Positions 10,613 to 17,231 of a stretch of DNA of 34,403 nucleotides are shown here, one piece after another. The notes below the pieces were generated by a model. It did no database searches. It saw only the letters and a program-made list of their open reading frames with translations, and had not been told where the DNA came from. Within the stretch, counting starts at the first letter, position 1; every line of letters starts with the position of its first letter. The position numbers were made by a program, and so were the translations under genes. The stretch spans positions 1 through 34,403 of the forward strand of contig CAZFMA010000038.1 of NCBI GenBank assembly GCA_964520015.1. The letters are read 5' to 3'. The DNA comes from an uncultured Candidatus Saccharibacteria bacterium (lineage in GTDB: Bacteria; Patescibacteriota; Minisyncoccia; Phycocordibacterales; UBA2100).

Positions 10613-10740
10613 CCCCGTCAGTAGATGTTGGCGATGCGCGAGGCGCAGTTGGTAGGGAAATCTTGAATGGCATCGTTGTTTGTGAACAAGGAAACTATAT
10701 TATTCTCAGGAAGAAACTGTCGCCAACATTCACTGCGGGG
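10613..10740. mobile_element. MITE-like element, copy 2 (128 bp)
   Basis: The left arm is CCCCGTCAGTAGATGTTGGCGA (10613-10634). The right arm is TCGCCAACATTCACTGCGGGG (10720-10740). It is flanked by TCTA at 10609-10612 and 10741-10744. The arms match copy 1 at 14 of 22 positions, with the same 22/21-nt arm asymmetry. Confidence 0.65.
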
Positions 10741-10762
10741 TCTACCCCGTTTTATCAGCAGT

Positions 10763-11023
10763 TTAGTGTTCAGGATCGAGCGGGCCGACAATTTTGAGTA
10801 TCCATTTTTCTAGTTTTTCGAAAGCTGCGTGAACTTTGGGAAAGCGTCTCGTATGAGATTCAATCCACGTGCGTATGCGAGAGGATGCGATTGAGAGAAG
10901 AATAAGACCAATCGCGATAAACAATAATCCCTGCAGAAACGGAAGCGCGAGGCCGATAATGCCCACAATGATAAAGAATATTCCGACCACTATAAGCGCA
11001 GTTTTTTTGATGTGTCTTTTCAT
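10763..11023 (-). CDS. Small two-helix membrane protein, possibly DUF454/YbaN-like; family not firmly recognised
   Basis: The track ORF is 10763-11053. I prefer the ATG at 11023 (MKRHIKKTALIVVGIFFIIVGIIGLALPF...) because the upstream ATG at 11053 lies inside MITE copy 3. Confidence 0.5.
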   Translation of the reverse strand: MKRHIKKTALIVVGIFFIIVGIIGLALPFLQGLLFIAIGLILLSIASSRIRTWIESHTRRFPKVHAAFEKLEKWILKIVGPLDPEH

Positions 11024-11136
11024 CCCGTTAGAAGCAGGACGCGGAAATACCATGTCCCGCGTCTACCGTATTATCGTTGATAAGGGTTGATTGCATACGC
11101 AAGATAATGATGAGTCGTCCGCGGCTTCTAACGGGA
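11023..11136. mobile_element. MITE-like element, copy 3 (114 bp)
   Basis: The arms are TCCCGTTAGAAGC (11023-11035) and GCTTCTAACGGGA (11124-11136), with an extra GGACG/CGTCC pairing just inside. It is flanked by TTCA at 11019-11022 and 11137-11140. The boundary is ambiguous by 1 nt. Confidence 0.6.
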
Positions 11137-11856
11137 TTCATACACAGCGTCTGCTGAGTGTACACCTTCTTTCTGCTTTTTGCGCACCGCACGCACGCCG
11201 AGAAAGACGATCCCTGCCACGATGATCCACTGCAAGAGCGCCGTGCTCTCTTTGGGATCCGGCAACACAAAGCCGAGGATGTAGACCTGTATCGGTATCC
11301 AGAATGCTATTGCGACGAAAGAGAGCATTAGCGTTTTCAAAAATCCGGCGCGCGCGATGCCCATGCAGATATTTGTAATCGCAAGTATGTTCGGATGTAT
11401 TCCCGAGAAAAATACGGCCCAGCGGCCGCGCCGATCAAGCCACGCCTGCATGGAGTGCACCATGTCCTGTGATCCGAGTTTAAGTAAAATTCTATAGAAA
11501 CCTTCCCTTCCGAGCCAATAATTGATAGCTGTCGCGGTAAGCACACTCGCCCACGCGATAAGGACAACAATGCCGAGCGCGGGAATGCTTCTGTCAGAAA
11601 CGAGGATTGCCAAGATGACAACGAGAGAGCCCGGGAAATAGAAACTCACCATAAAAAGGCTTTCGATAAGCGCAGAGACGTAGAGTGTGATGAGGCCGTA
11701 GCGGTCAAAAAATCCTTTGGCAATTTCTGCAAGATAGTCTACTCCAGGAAGCCCCAAGGGCTCGCGTACAAAGATCATGATGATTGCAAAAATCGCAACA
11801 GCAAAATACAAAGCGCCGGGAGCAAGATACGCAGTAAGTCGTTTCAGCTTTTCCAT
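11128..11856 (-). CDS. DedA/SNARE-associated family membrane protein
   Basis: 242-aa polytopic ORF with DedA-like segments (ESLFMVSFYFPGSLVV, INYWLGREG). Its TAG stop codon (11128-11130) lies inside the right arm of MITE copy 3. Confidence 0.75.
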   Translation of the reverse strand: MEKLKRLTAYLAPGALYFAVAIFAIIMIFVREPLGLPGVDYLAEIAKGFFDRYGLITLYVSALIESLFMVSFYFPGSLVVILAILVSDRSIPALGIVVLIAWASVLTATAINYWLGREGFYRILLKLGSQDMVHSMQAWLDRRGRWAVFFSGIHPNILAITNICMGIARAGFLKTLMLSFVAIAFWIPIQVYILGFVLPDPKESTALLQWIIVAGIVFLGVRAVRKKQKEGVHSADAVYESR

Positions 11857-11928
11857 GTATGTCTTTGGTCCTGCAACTGACGTGTGTGCAGAGAGATTAT
11901 TACTGTAACAGGAAAGAGAGGCTCTATA

Positions 11929-12087
11929 CTACACGCGCGCACCTTTATAAATACACTTGATGCACTGTTTCTGGTTTTCGCGCGTTTTGATGTACTTGTT
12001 TTTGCAGCCACAGACTGAAACCTTGGTAGTGCTGGGCTTCTCTATCCATCGTCCATTCTTCTGAAATGTTTTCGTCGGGATATGCAT
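11929..12087 (-). CDS. Small Cys-rich hypothetical protein (CxC...CxxC, possible zinc ribbon)
   Basis: Internal ATG at 12087 gives MHIPTKTFQKNGRWIEKPSTTKVSVCGCKNKYIKTRENQKQCIKCIYKGARV. The longer track ORF (to 12198) would cross a strong hairpin and overlap the upstream gene. Confidence 0.35.
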   Translation of the reverse strand: MHIPTKTFQKNGRWIEKPSTTKVSVCGCKNKYIKTRENQKQCIKCIYKGARV

Positions 12088-12133
12088 GGGGCGCAACAAT
12101 ACCACACTTCCACGATAAATCAATGATGTAGTT

Positions 12134-12164
12134 CGGGGGCGGAGTCTCCCTGACTCCGCCCCCG
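12134..12164 (-). terminator. GC-rich hairpin downstream of the 12176-12670 gene
   Basis: The sequence is CGGGGGCGGAGT-CTCCCTG-ACTCCGCCCCCG, a perfect 12-bp stem with a 7-nt loop. It starts 12 nt after the stop codon. There is no clear U-tract on the minus strand. Confidence 0.4.
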
Positions 12165-12175
12165 TTTGTAGAGGT

Positions 12176-12670
12176 CTAGCCTGACCCCCTGGGCCCATGC
12201 ACGGCCCTCACGGTAAGGAGGAATGCCCAGAGGCACACCATCCCGACGACGAGGCTCACCATCGCCTCAATCGATACTCCCTTTGGGCCGGGAGTTCCTC
12301 TGCTGAGTTGGAACCACAGCATGACGACGAGACTCACGAGTGCGCCCAGCAAGTAGGCAATGCCCGCATAGATGTCGCCCCGGCGGAGCTCCTTCCAGAC
12401 TCGCACCCTGTCTTGGGGATAGGCTCTGCGGTAGAGCTTCCAGCGTCCCAAGGCAGCGGATAGTGACAGGAAGAAAATACCCACAACCATCTCGGGCTGT
12501 GATACGCTCCCGTCAGCTGCCCATCTGCCTAGAGCCAGAACGCCCAAGAAGAAGGCAAGGGCGGTGACTACGTTCAGAACATGACGGAACCAGTTGGGCG
12601 GTGTAACGTATATCGACCAGCGACCCCGAAGTTCTTCAACGACTTCTCGAGACCGAGAACCCATGCTCAT
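12176..12670 (-). CDS. Hypothetical four-helix membrane protein, high-GC compositional outlier
   Basis: 164-aa ORF with four hydrophobic segments and a repeated ALGRW motif. Hand counts give 40/60 and 37/60 G+C for 12181-12300. Flanking lines give 22/60 (11941-12000) and 28/60 (12721-12780). Confidence 0.6.
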   Translation of the reverse strand: MSMGSRSREVVEELRGRWSIYVTPPNWFRHVLNVVTALAFFLGVLALGRWAADGSVSQPEMVVGIFFLSLSAALGRWKLYRRAYPQDRVRVWKELRRGDIYAGIAYLLGALVSLVVMLWFQLSRGTPGPKGVSIEAMVSLVVGMVCLWAFLLTVRAVHGPRGSG

Positions 12671-12781
12671 ATCCGTTCTCCCGTTGCGAGCGTTGCACGA
12701 TCTTAATCAACTATTTCAATTAAACTCCGTTCGGTCAAATAGGTCTCGCTTCACGTGCTGTATCCTGCTATACATTCCCTT

Positions 12782-14032
12782 ATGAGTAGCGCGGGTAAAA
12801 AATACGACGTTATCGTAGTCGGTGGCGGTCCCTCTGGCATGATGGCGGCCGGGCGGGCGGCTGAGCGCGGGAAATCGGTCTTACTCATTGAGAAAAACGC
12901 GGCATTAGGGAAAAAGCTCGACATCACAGGTGGAGGCAGGTGCAATATCACCAATGCCGAATTGGATGTGCATGTACTGCTCAAAAACTATGGCGCTGCC
13001 CAGCAATTCCTCTACTCCCCGTTCTCGCAGTTCGGCATGCAGAGCACGTTTGATTTTTTTACCGCTCGCGGATTGCCGCTCGTCGTGGAAGCTAGGAAGC
13101 GTGCTTTCCCGACGACCCAAAAAGCTCCCGATGTGACCGCAGTACTTAAGAAATATCTCGCGCGGGTGGGAGTCAAAGTTCTCACAAAAACCACGGTACG
13201 AAAACTTCTGTCAGAAAATGGCCGCGTGGTTGGGGCTGTTACATCTAGCGGCACCTATACGGCCGACAATTTCATTATCGCCACGGGCGGTTCATCCCAC
13301 CCAGAGACCGGCTCCACGGGAGATGCATTCGGTTGGCTCACGGAGCTCGGGCACAGCATCGTCCCTTCAACGCCAACCCTTGTGCCACTTCGCGTACGCA
13401 ATGAATGGATCAAGAAACTCGCGGGCATTACCTTGCCGGAAATGAAAATTACTTTCTTTGTAGATGGGAAACGACACTTCGCAAAAAAGGGTCGGCTACT
13501 TTTCACACACTTCGGACTTTCGGGTCCTCTTATCTTAAACACTGCTCACTTGGTCCGCGATCTATTACTATCGGGCGGAGTGGTCACTACTACGATTGAT
13601 ACGTTTCCCGACACTGATTTCGCCAATCTTGAAAAGCGCGTCCTCGCGACAATTGAAACAAATAAAAATAAGAATTTCAAAAATGTTATCGACGAGATCG
13701 TGCCTGCAGGAATGGGCCGCGCGTATGCATCGCTTTTGAATTTGCCTGATCCGACCCTCAAAGCTCATAGTTTGAGCAAGGAAGATCGCAAACGATTTGT
13801 GCATCTATTGAAAGGTGCGCCCGCGACGATCGAAGGACTCATGGGATACGATCGTGCGATCGTCTCCGACGGTGGAGTGCCACTTACTGAAGTCGATACA
13901 CGCACCATGCGCTCACTCAAAGTCCCGAATCTCTATTTCACCGGCGACGTCCTGCATATCAACCGCCCCTCCGGCGGCTACTCGCTTCAACTCTGCTGGA
14001 CCACCGGCTTCGTCGCCGGAAATAGTATTTAG
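12782..14032 (+). CDS. NAD(P)/FAD-dependent oxidoreductase, HI0933/YhiN (BaiN-like) family
   Basis: Contains YDVIVVGGGPSGMMAAGRAAERG, ITGGGRCNITN, and C-terminal GGYSLQLCWTTG. I prefer the ATG at 12782 (MSSAGKKYDV...) over the GTG at 12755. Confidence 0.85.
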   Translation: MSSAGKKYDVIVVGGGPSGMMAAGRAAERGKSVLLIEKNAALGKKLDITGGGRCNITNAELDVHVLLKNYGAAQQFLYSPFSQFGMQSTFDFFTARGLPLVVEARKRAFPTTQKAPDVTAVLKKYLARVGVKVLTKTTVRKLLSENGRVVGAVTSSGTYTADNFIIATGGSSHPETGSTGDAFGWLTELGHSIVPSTPTLVPLRVRNEWIKKLAGITLPEMKITFFVDGKRHFAKKGRLLFTHFGLSGPLILNTAHLVRDLLLSGGVVTTTIDTFPDTDFANLEKRVLATIETNKNKNFKNVIDEIVPAGMGRAYASLLNLPDPTLKAHSLSKEDRKRFVHLLKGAPATIEGLMGYDRAIVSDGGVPLTEVDTRTMRSLKVPNLYFTGDVLHINRPSGGYSLQLCWTTGFVAGNSI

Positions 14033-14169
14033 CGAGGTTTTATCTTTTCGTCCTTAATCTTATTGAGTATCTTTTCTATTTTCCCAAGGCTCTGAGCCTC
14101 AAGAATCGATACGGGAATCGCTTCTGGGCCTTTTATATTCTTTCCTTGATTCTTGTGGGTTTTTAGTGG
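14029..14169 (-). pseudogene. Displaced or duplicated fragment of the obg 3' end
   Basis: The 65-aa ORF tail PVSILEAQSLGKIEKILNKIKDEK aligns with the Obg C-terminus PISILDEESMTEVKKILNKIKDGR. The DNA shares a 27-nt identical core plus diverged flanks. A 1-nt indel shifts the original stop codon out of frame. Confidence 0.55.
14049..14075. repeat. Direct repeat core, copy 1 (CGTCCTTAATCTTATTGAGTATCTTTT)
   Basis: This 27-mer is identical to the one at 14972-14998. An adjacent TTATCTT is also shared. Confidence 0.9.
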
Positions 14170-14238
14170 CATATATTCCTTACCTCTCACGGTCGTATAT
14201 GATAAGGAATATTGAACGAGTGTCATTTCGTTGTAATT

Positions 14239-14811
14239 CTATACATTGAAATGATGCCTCAGATGCTTGTCGTTCTCCACCTGTTCAACAATCAAATACA
14301 AAGCTGCAGCACCGATCTTTAGATCAGCCTTGAGCAGAGCAATGAGATCCTCGCAATCGTGTGGATACACCCACACGCTGTCCTGCAAACGATAAAATCC
14401 GCACGATTGCATGAACATTCGAAGCTTATCGCGAACGGTTCTGCGTTTTTCCGGTATATCGAATATAATAATTCGCCAACGTTTGTCCCATCGACGGGGA
14501 ACCGCTAGTAGGCCAAACTTATGGCTTTCGAGTATGAGCGCCCGTTTCCCCGCTTCGGTAATACGCGCATAACGAGCACCGTTCTTCTCAACGAAGATGA
14601 CGTGTCTTTTGCTCGCGAGACGAGAAAGTGCTGTTTTTGCTTGGTTTGTAAAGCGATACTTGTTGCGCCCGAAACCCCCAAGAAGTTGTAGCGCATTGGG
14701 TGCTGCCATTGCCACAAGGAGAACCCCGGCAACACCGATAGTTGCAAGCACCGCATGCTGTATCTGGCCTCGTCGTCTCCGTTTCCGAACTTCAATTTCA
14801 AGCACGCCCAT
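14239..14811 (-). CDS. PaaX-like transcriptional regulator: N-terminal wHTH plus a Cas2-like middle domain, lacking the PaaX C-terminal domain
   Basis: The 190-aa segment WDKRWRIIIFDIPEKRRTVRDKLRMFMQSCGFYRLQDSVWVYP parallels E. coli PaaX WDGKWLLLL...KKQLIWQGFGALAPSLMASP and the Cas2 ferredoxin-like pattern. Confidence 0.75.
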   Translation of the reverse strand: MGVLEIEVRKRRRRGQIQHAVLATIGVAGVLLVAMAAPNALQLLGGFGRNKYRFTNQAKTALSRLASKRHVIFVEKNGARYARITEAGKRALILESHKFGLLAVPRRWDKRWRIIIFDIPEKRRTVRDKLRMFMQSCGFYRLQDSVWVYPHDCEDLIALLKADLKIGAAALYLIVEQVENDKHLRHHFNV

Positions 14812-14850
14812 ATTCCTTAATTATCACGATCGGATGTTTTAAGGAATATG
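14809..14850 (-). promoter_or_regulatory. Perfect 12-bp inverted repeat over the start codon and SD of the PaaX-like gene (candidate operator or translational hairpin)
   Basis: CATATTCCTTAA (14809-14820), an 18-nt spacer, then TTAAGGAATATG (14839-14850). On the mRNA strand the proximal arm contains AAGGA followed by AUG. Confidence 0.45.
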
Positions 14851-14963
14851 ACGTATGTGTATAAGTAATCGAGGGAGCAATAGAGGAATCAACAGAGGCA
14901 CCGACAAATAACGGATGCAATGAAATTCGGCGCCGACAATCAATTTGCTAATCGGCCCGTGAC

Positions 14964-15926
14964 TTATCTTCCGTCCTTAATCTTATTGAGTATCTTTTTC
15001 ACTTCCGTCATGCTCTCCTCGTCGAGGATAGAAATGGGAACGGGTTTTAATTTCTTTTTCTTGAGCGCCTGCATCTTTTCCTTTACTTCTTCCGGCGTAA
15101 CTGTATCTGTTTTTGTGAGAAATACAAATTCTATTTTTTTCAAGAGTTGCGAATTATAGGTCTCAAGTTCTTTGCGAATGATCTCATAGTCGCGAACCGG
15201 ATCATCCGACTCGGCGGAAATAAGATGAAAGAGGACTTTCGTGCGTTCAATGTGTTTCAGAAATTTCACGCCCAAGCCCTTTCCTCCCGACGCCCCTTCT
15301 ATCAGTCCCGGAATATCGGCAAGAATGAGTTCATAGTACGCGCCGAGGTGCGGCTCGAGCGTGGTAAAGGCATAAGCGGCGACGCGGCTCTTGGCGGCCG
15401 TGAGTTCATTGAGAAGACTCGATTTACCGGCGTTCGGAAGGCCGACAAATCCAACGTCCGCGATAAGACGAAGCTCAAGCCGATAGTGACCCACGTCGCC
15501 TTTCAAACCGGATTCAGCTTCCATCGGGGTTGTGTTGACGGCGGAACGGAATTTGAAATTCCCTCTTCCCCCAATCCCCGCCCCCGCAGCCAGTATGCGC
15601 TGCCCAACCGTTTCCATTTCTTGCACAAAGCCGGTGCTTATATTCTGTATCCGCGTCCCGATAGGAATCTTGAGTACAAGATCTTCTCCCCCGCGACCGT
15701 CGAGAAATTGCCCACGACCGTCCTTTCCTTTCTCCGCTTCTATGACTTTTTTGTGTGCGAATGCGCCGAGCGCGCTCGGATTTGAGACTCCCTCGAAATA
15801 GACGCTGCCGCCGTTGCCGCCGTCCCCTCCTGTGGGCCCGCGCGCGAGGCGCACTTTCTGAAAGGCTACGGCACCCCTGCCGCCATCCCCTGCATGGACT
15901 TCAATCGTTATTTCATCTACGAGCAT
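14964..15926 (-). CDS. obg: GTPase Obg (short form without a C-terminal OCT domain)
   Basis: 320-aa ORF. It has the Gly-rich Obg fold N-terminus (GDGGRGAVAF, GGDGGNGGSVYF) and the G motifs GLPNAGKSSL, DIPG and TKTD. Confidence 0.92.
   Translation of the reverse strand: MLVDEITIEVHAGDGGRGAVAFQKVRLARGPTGGDGGNGGSVYFEGVSNPSALGAFAHKKVIEAEKGKDGRGQFLDGRGGEDLVLKIPIGTRIQNISTGFVQEMETVGQRILAAGAGIGGRGNFKFRSAVNTTPMEAESGLKGDVGHYRLELRLIADVGFVGLPNAGKSSLLNELTAAKSRVAAYAFTTLEPHLGAYYELILADIPGLIEGASGGKGLGVKFLKHIERTKVLFHLISAESDDPVRDYEIIRKELETYNSQLLKKIEFVFLTKTDTVTPEEVKEKMQALKKKKLKPVPISILDEESMTEVKKILNKIKDGR
14972..14998. repeat. Direct repeat core, copy 2, inside the obg 3' end
   Basis: This 27-mer is identical to the one at 14049-14075. 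Confidence 0.9.
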
Positions 15927-15972
15927 GAAGGCATGCTAGCACAAACACAAAAAATCTGGTTACATCTATGGT

Positions 15973-16128
15973 ATGCCTGACACAGAACACCAAGAGTGGC
16001 TCGAAAACAAAAAAGCTCGCGAGGCTGCAATAAAACCTAAATCCCCGCCCGTGCCTTCGAAGAAGGTGGGTGACGAAAAAAAAGAGGAACCTGACGATGG
16101 GGAGAACCGTCAGTGGGCTTATAATTGA
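15973..16128 (+). CDS. Possible small hydrophilic protein (51 aa)
   Basis: Own translation: MPDTEHQEWLENKKAREAAIKPKSPPVPSKKVGDEKKEEPDDGENRQWAYN. It is below the track cutoff and divergent from obg. No family was recognised. Confidence 0.25.
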   Translation: MPDTEHQEWLENKKAREAAIKPKSPPVPSKKVGDEKKEEPDDGENRQWAYN

Positions 16129-16246
16129 CCCCGTTAGAGATAGGAAGCAATGCTTCCATCCGAACTCACTACGTTTTTGAGCATCAAAATGACCTCAGTT
16201 ACGCCGAATTTTCCTTCACAAAAGACTTCCCAAATCTCTAACGGGG
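16129..16246. mobile_element. MITE-like element, copy 4 (118 bp)
   Basis: The arms are CCCCGTTAGAGAT (16129-16141) and ATCTCTAACGGGG (16234-16246), with further GGAAG/CTTCC pairing inside. It is flanked by TTGA at 16125-16128 and 16247-16250. Confidence 0.65.
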
Positions 16247-17212
16247 TTGATCGACTCTGACCGCTCCGACTTTCTTTTGAAGTTCGAGGGAAACAACGTC
16301 AAAAAGCCGCGCCTGCACATCTGCAGGAGTATCCGTTTCGAGCGGCACATCTGCCATCACCACCGCATCGATCTCGCGAGCCAGCGTGGAAGTTGTAAAT
16401 AATTTCCGAAGGATAAATCGATACCACGGTAGCGTGAGGACCACACGATCCGGCGCGGCCGACGCTTGAGGGTCAATTGCAATGCGAACGGGAAATGTCT
16501 TTGGAATAAAGCCGATCAGATAGCCTCGTGAGCGATAGACTATTTCAAACTTTGTCGCGCCAAATGTCAGCTCTTCTATATTACTGTCTGCAAGTATGGC
16601 TGAGGCACCGAAGAGGCCGAAGCTCCGACCAGGCGAGAATCGATACGCCCCGGAACGATATCCACTGCTATAATCTTCCAGAATATTTCTAAAGCTATCA
16701 TTGCCTCGAAGTGCGGCACGCAATTTCGCTGCATTGATGGTGGTCCCCCCGCCGACAGAAGCGGCAGCATTTGAACCTCCGGCACCGGATCCAGGTTCGG
16801 CAGGTGCGTTCGGATCCCACGTCCCGCCGGTAATTGCCCCTTGTGTGACGAGGAGCTCAAAGAGCGTGTCTAGGGCACTATCCCCCGATCCACCACCGGA
16901 GCCAAGAGAGATATCGCCACTGGTCGACGTACCACTGCCTCCAGAAGAACTACCGCCCTGACCTGTAGTTCCACTTCCAGCACTTCCTGATCCGCTTCCT
17001 CCTTGGCCCATGCCTCCTGTATCTGAACTTCCTCCGCTACTCCCGCCTCCACCCGGCACTGATCCACCACCAGATGGTTCATCGTCCGATGGGGGCTGCG
17101 GTACGCCATCACCTATTTCAATAACAACAGAGTCGTCGTAATAGTAGGCAGCAGCGAGACTTATAGTACCAAGAATGATAAACGACGAGAGGAGCGCGAC
17201 AGCAAAACGCAT
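16238..17212 (-). CDS. Secreted hypothetical protein with a long Gly/Ser-rich linker
   Basis: 324-aa ORF. It has an N-terminal signal-like helix (MRFAVALLSSFIILGTISLAAA), about 100 aa of G/S/T low complexity, and a C-terminal globular region with no family I recognise. Its stop codon TAG lies in MITE copy 4. Confidence 0.7.
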   Translation of the reverse strand: MRFAVALLSSFIILGTISLAAAYYYDDSVVIEIGDGVPQPPSDDEPSGGGSVPGGGGSSGGSSDTGGMGQGGSGSGSAGSGTTGQGGSSSGGSGTSTSGDISLGSGGGSGDSALDTLFELLVTQGAITGGTWDPNAPAEPGSGAGGSNAAASVGGGTTINAAKLRAALRGNDSFRNILEDYSSGYRSGAYRFSPGRSFGLFGASAILADSNIEELTFGATKFEIVYRSRGYLIGFIPKTFPVRIAIDPQASAAPDRVVLTLPWYRFILRKLFTTSTLAREIDAVVMADVPLETDTPADVQARLFDVVSLELQKKVGAVRVDQPR

Positions 17213-17231
17213 TGCTTAATTATAACCTACC

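Noticed and set aside
11929-12198. Full 89-aa version of the small Cys-rich ORF
   Set aside because: The N-terminal extension runs through the 12-bp GC hairpin and overlaps the preceding gene's 3' end. The internal ATG at 12087 is more plausible.
14239-14811. Cas2-like domain as an indicator of a CRISPR-Cas locus
   Set aside because: There is no repeat-spacer array and no other cas genes anywhere in the window. The domain context (wHTH plus the WDxxW segment) matches PaaX-like regulators instead.
16860-17100. Repetitive-looking DNA in the Gly/Ser-rich region as a tandem repeat or array
   Set aside because: I could see no regular period or conserved repeat unit. It is consistent with low-complexity coding sequence.
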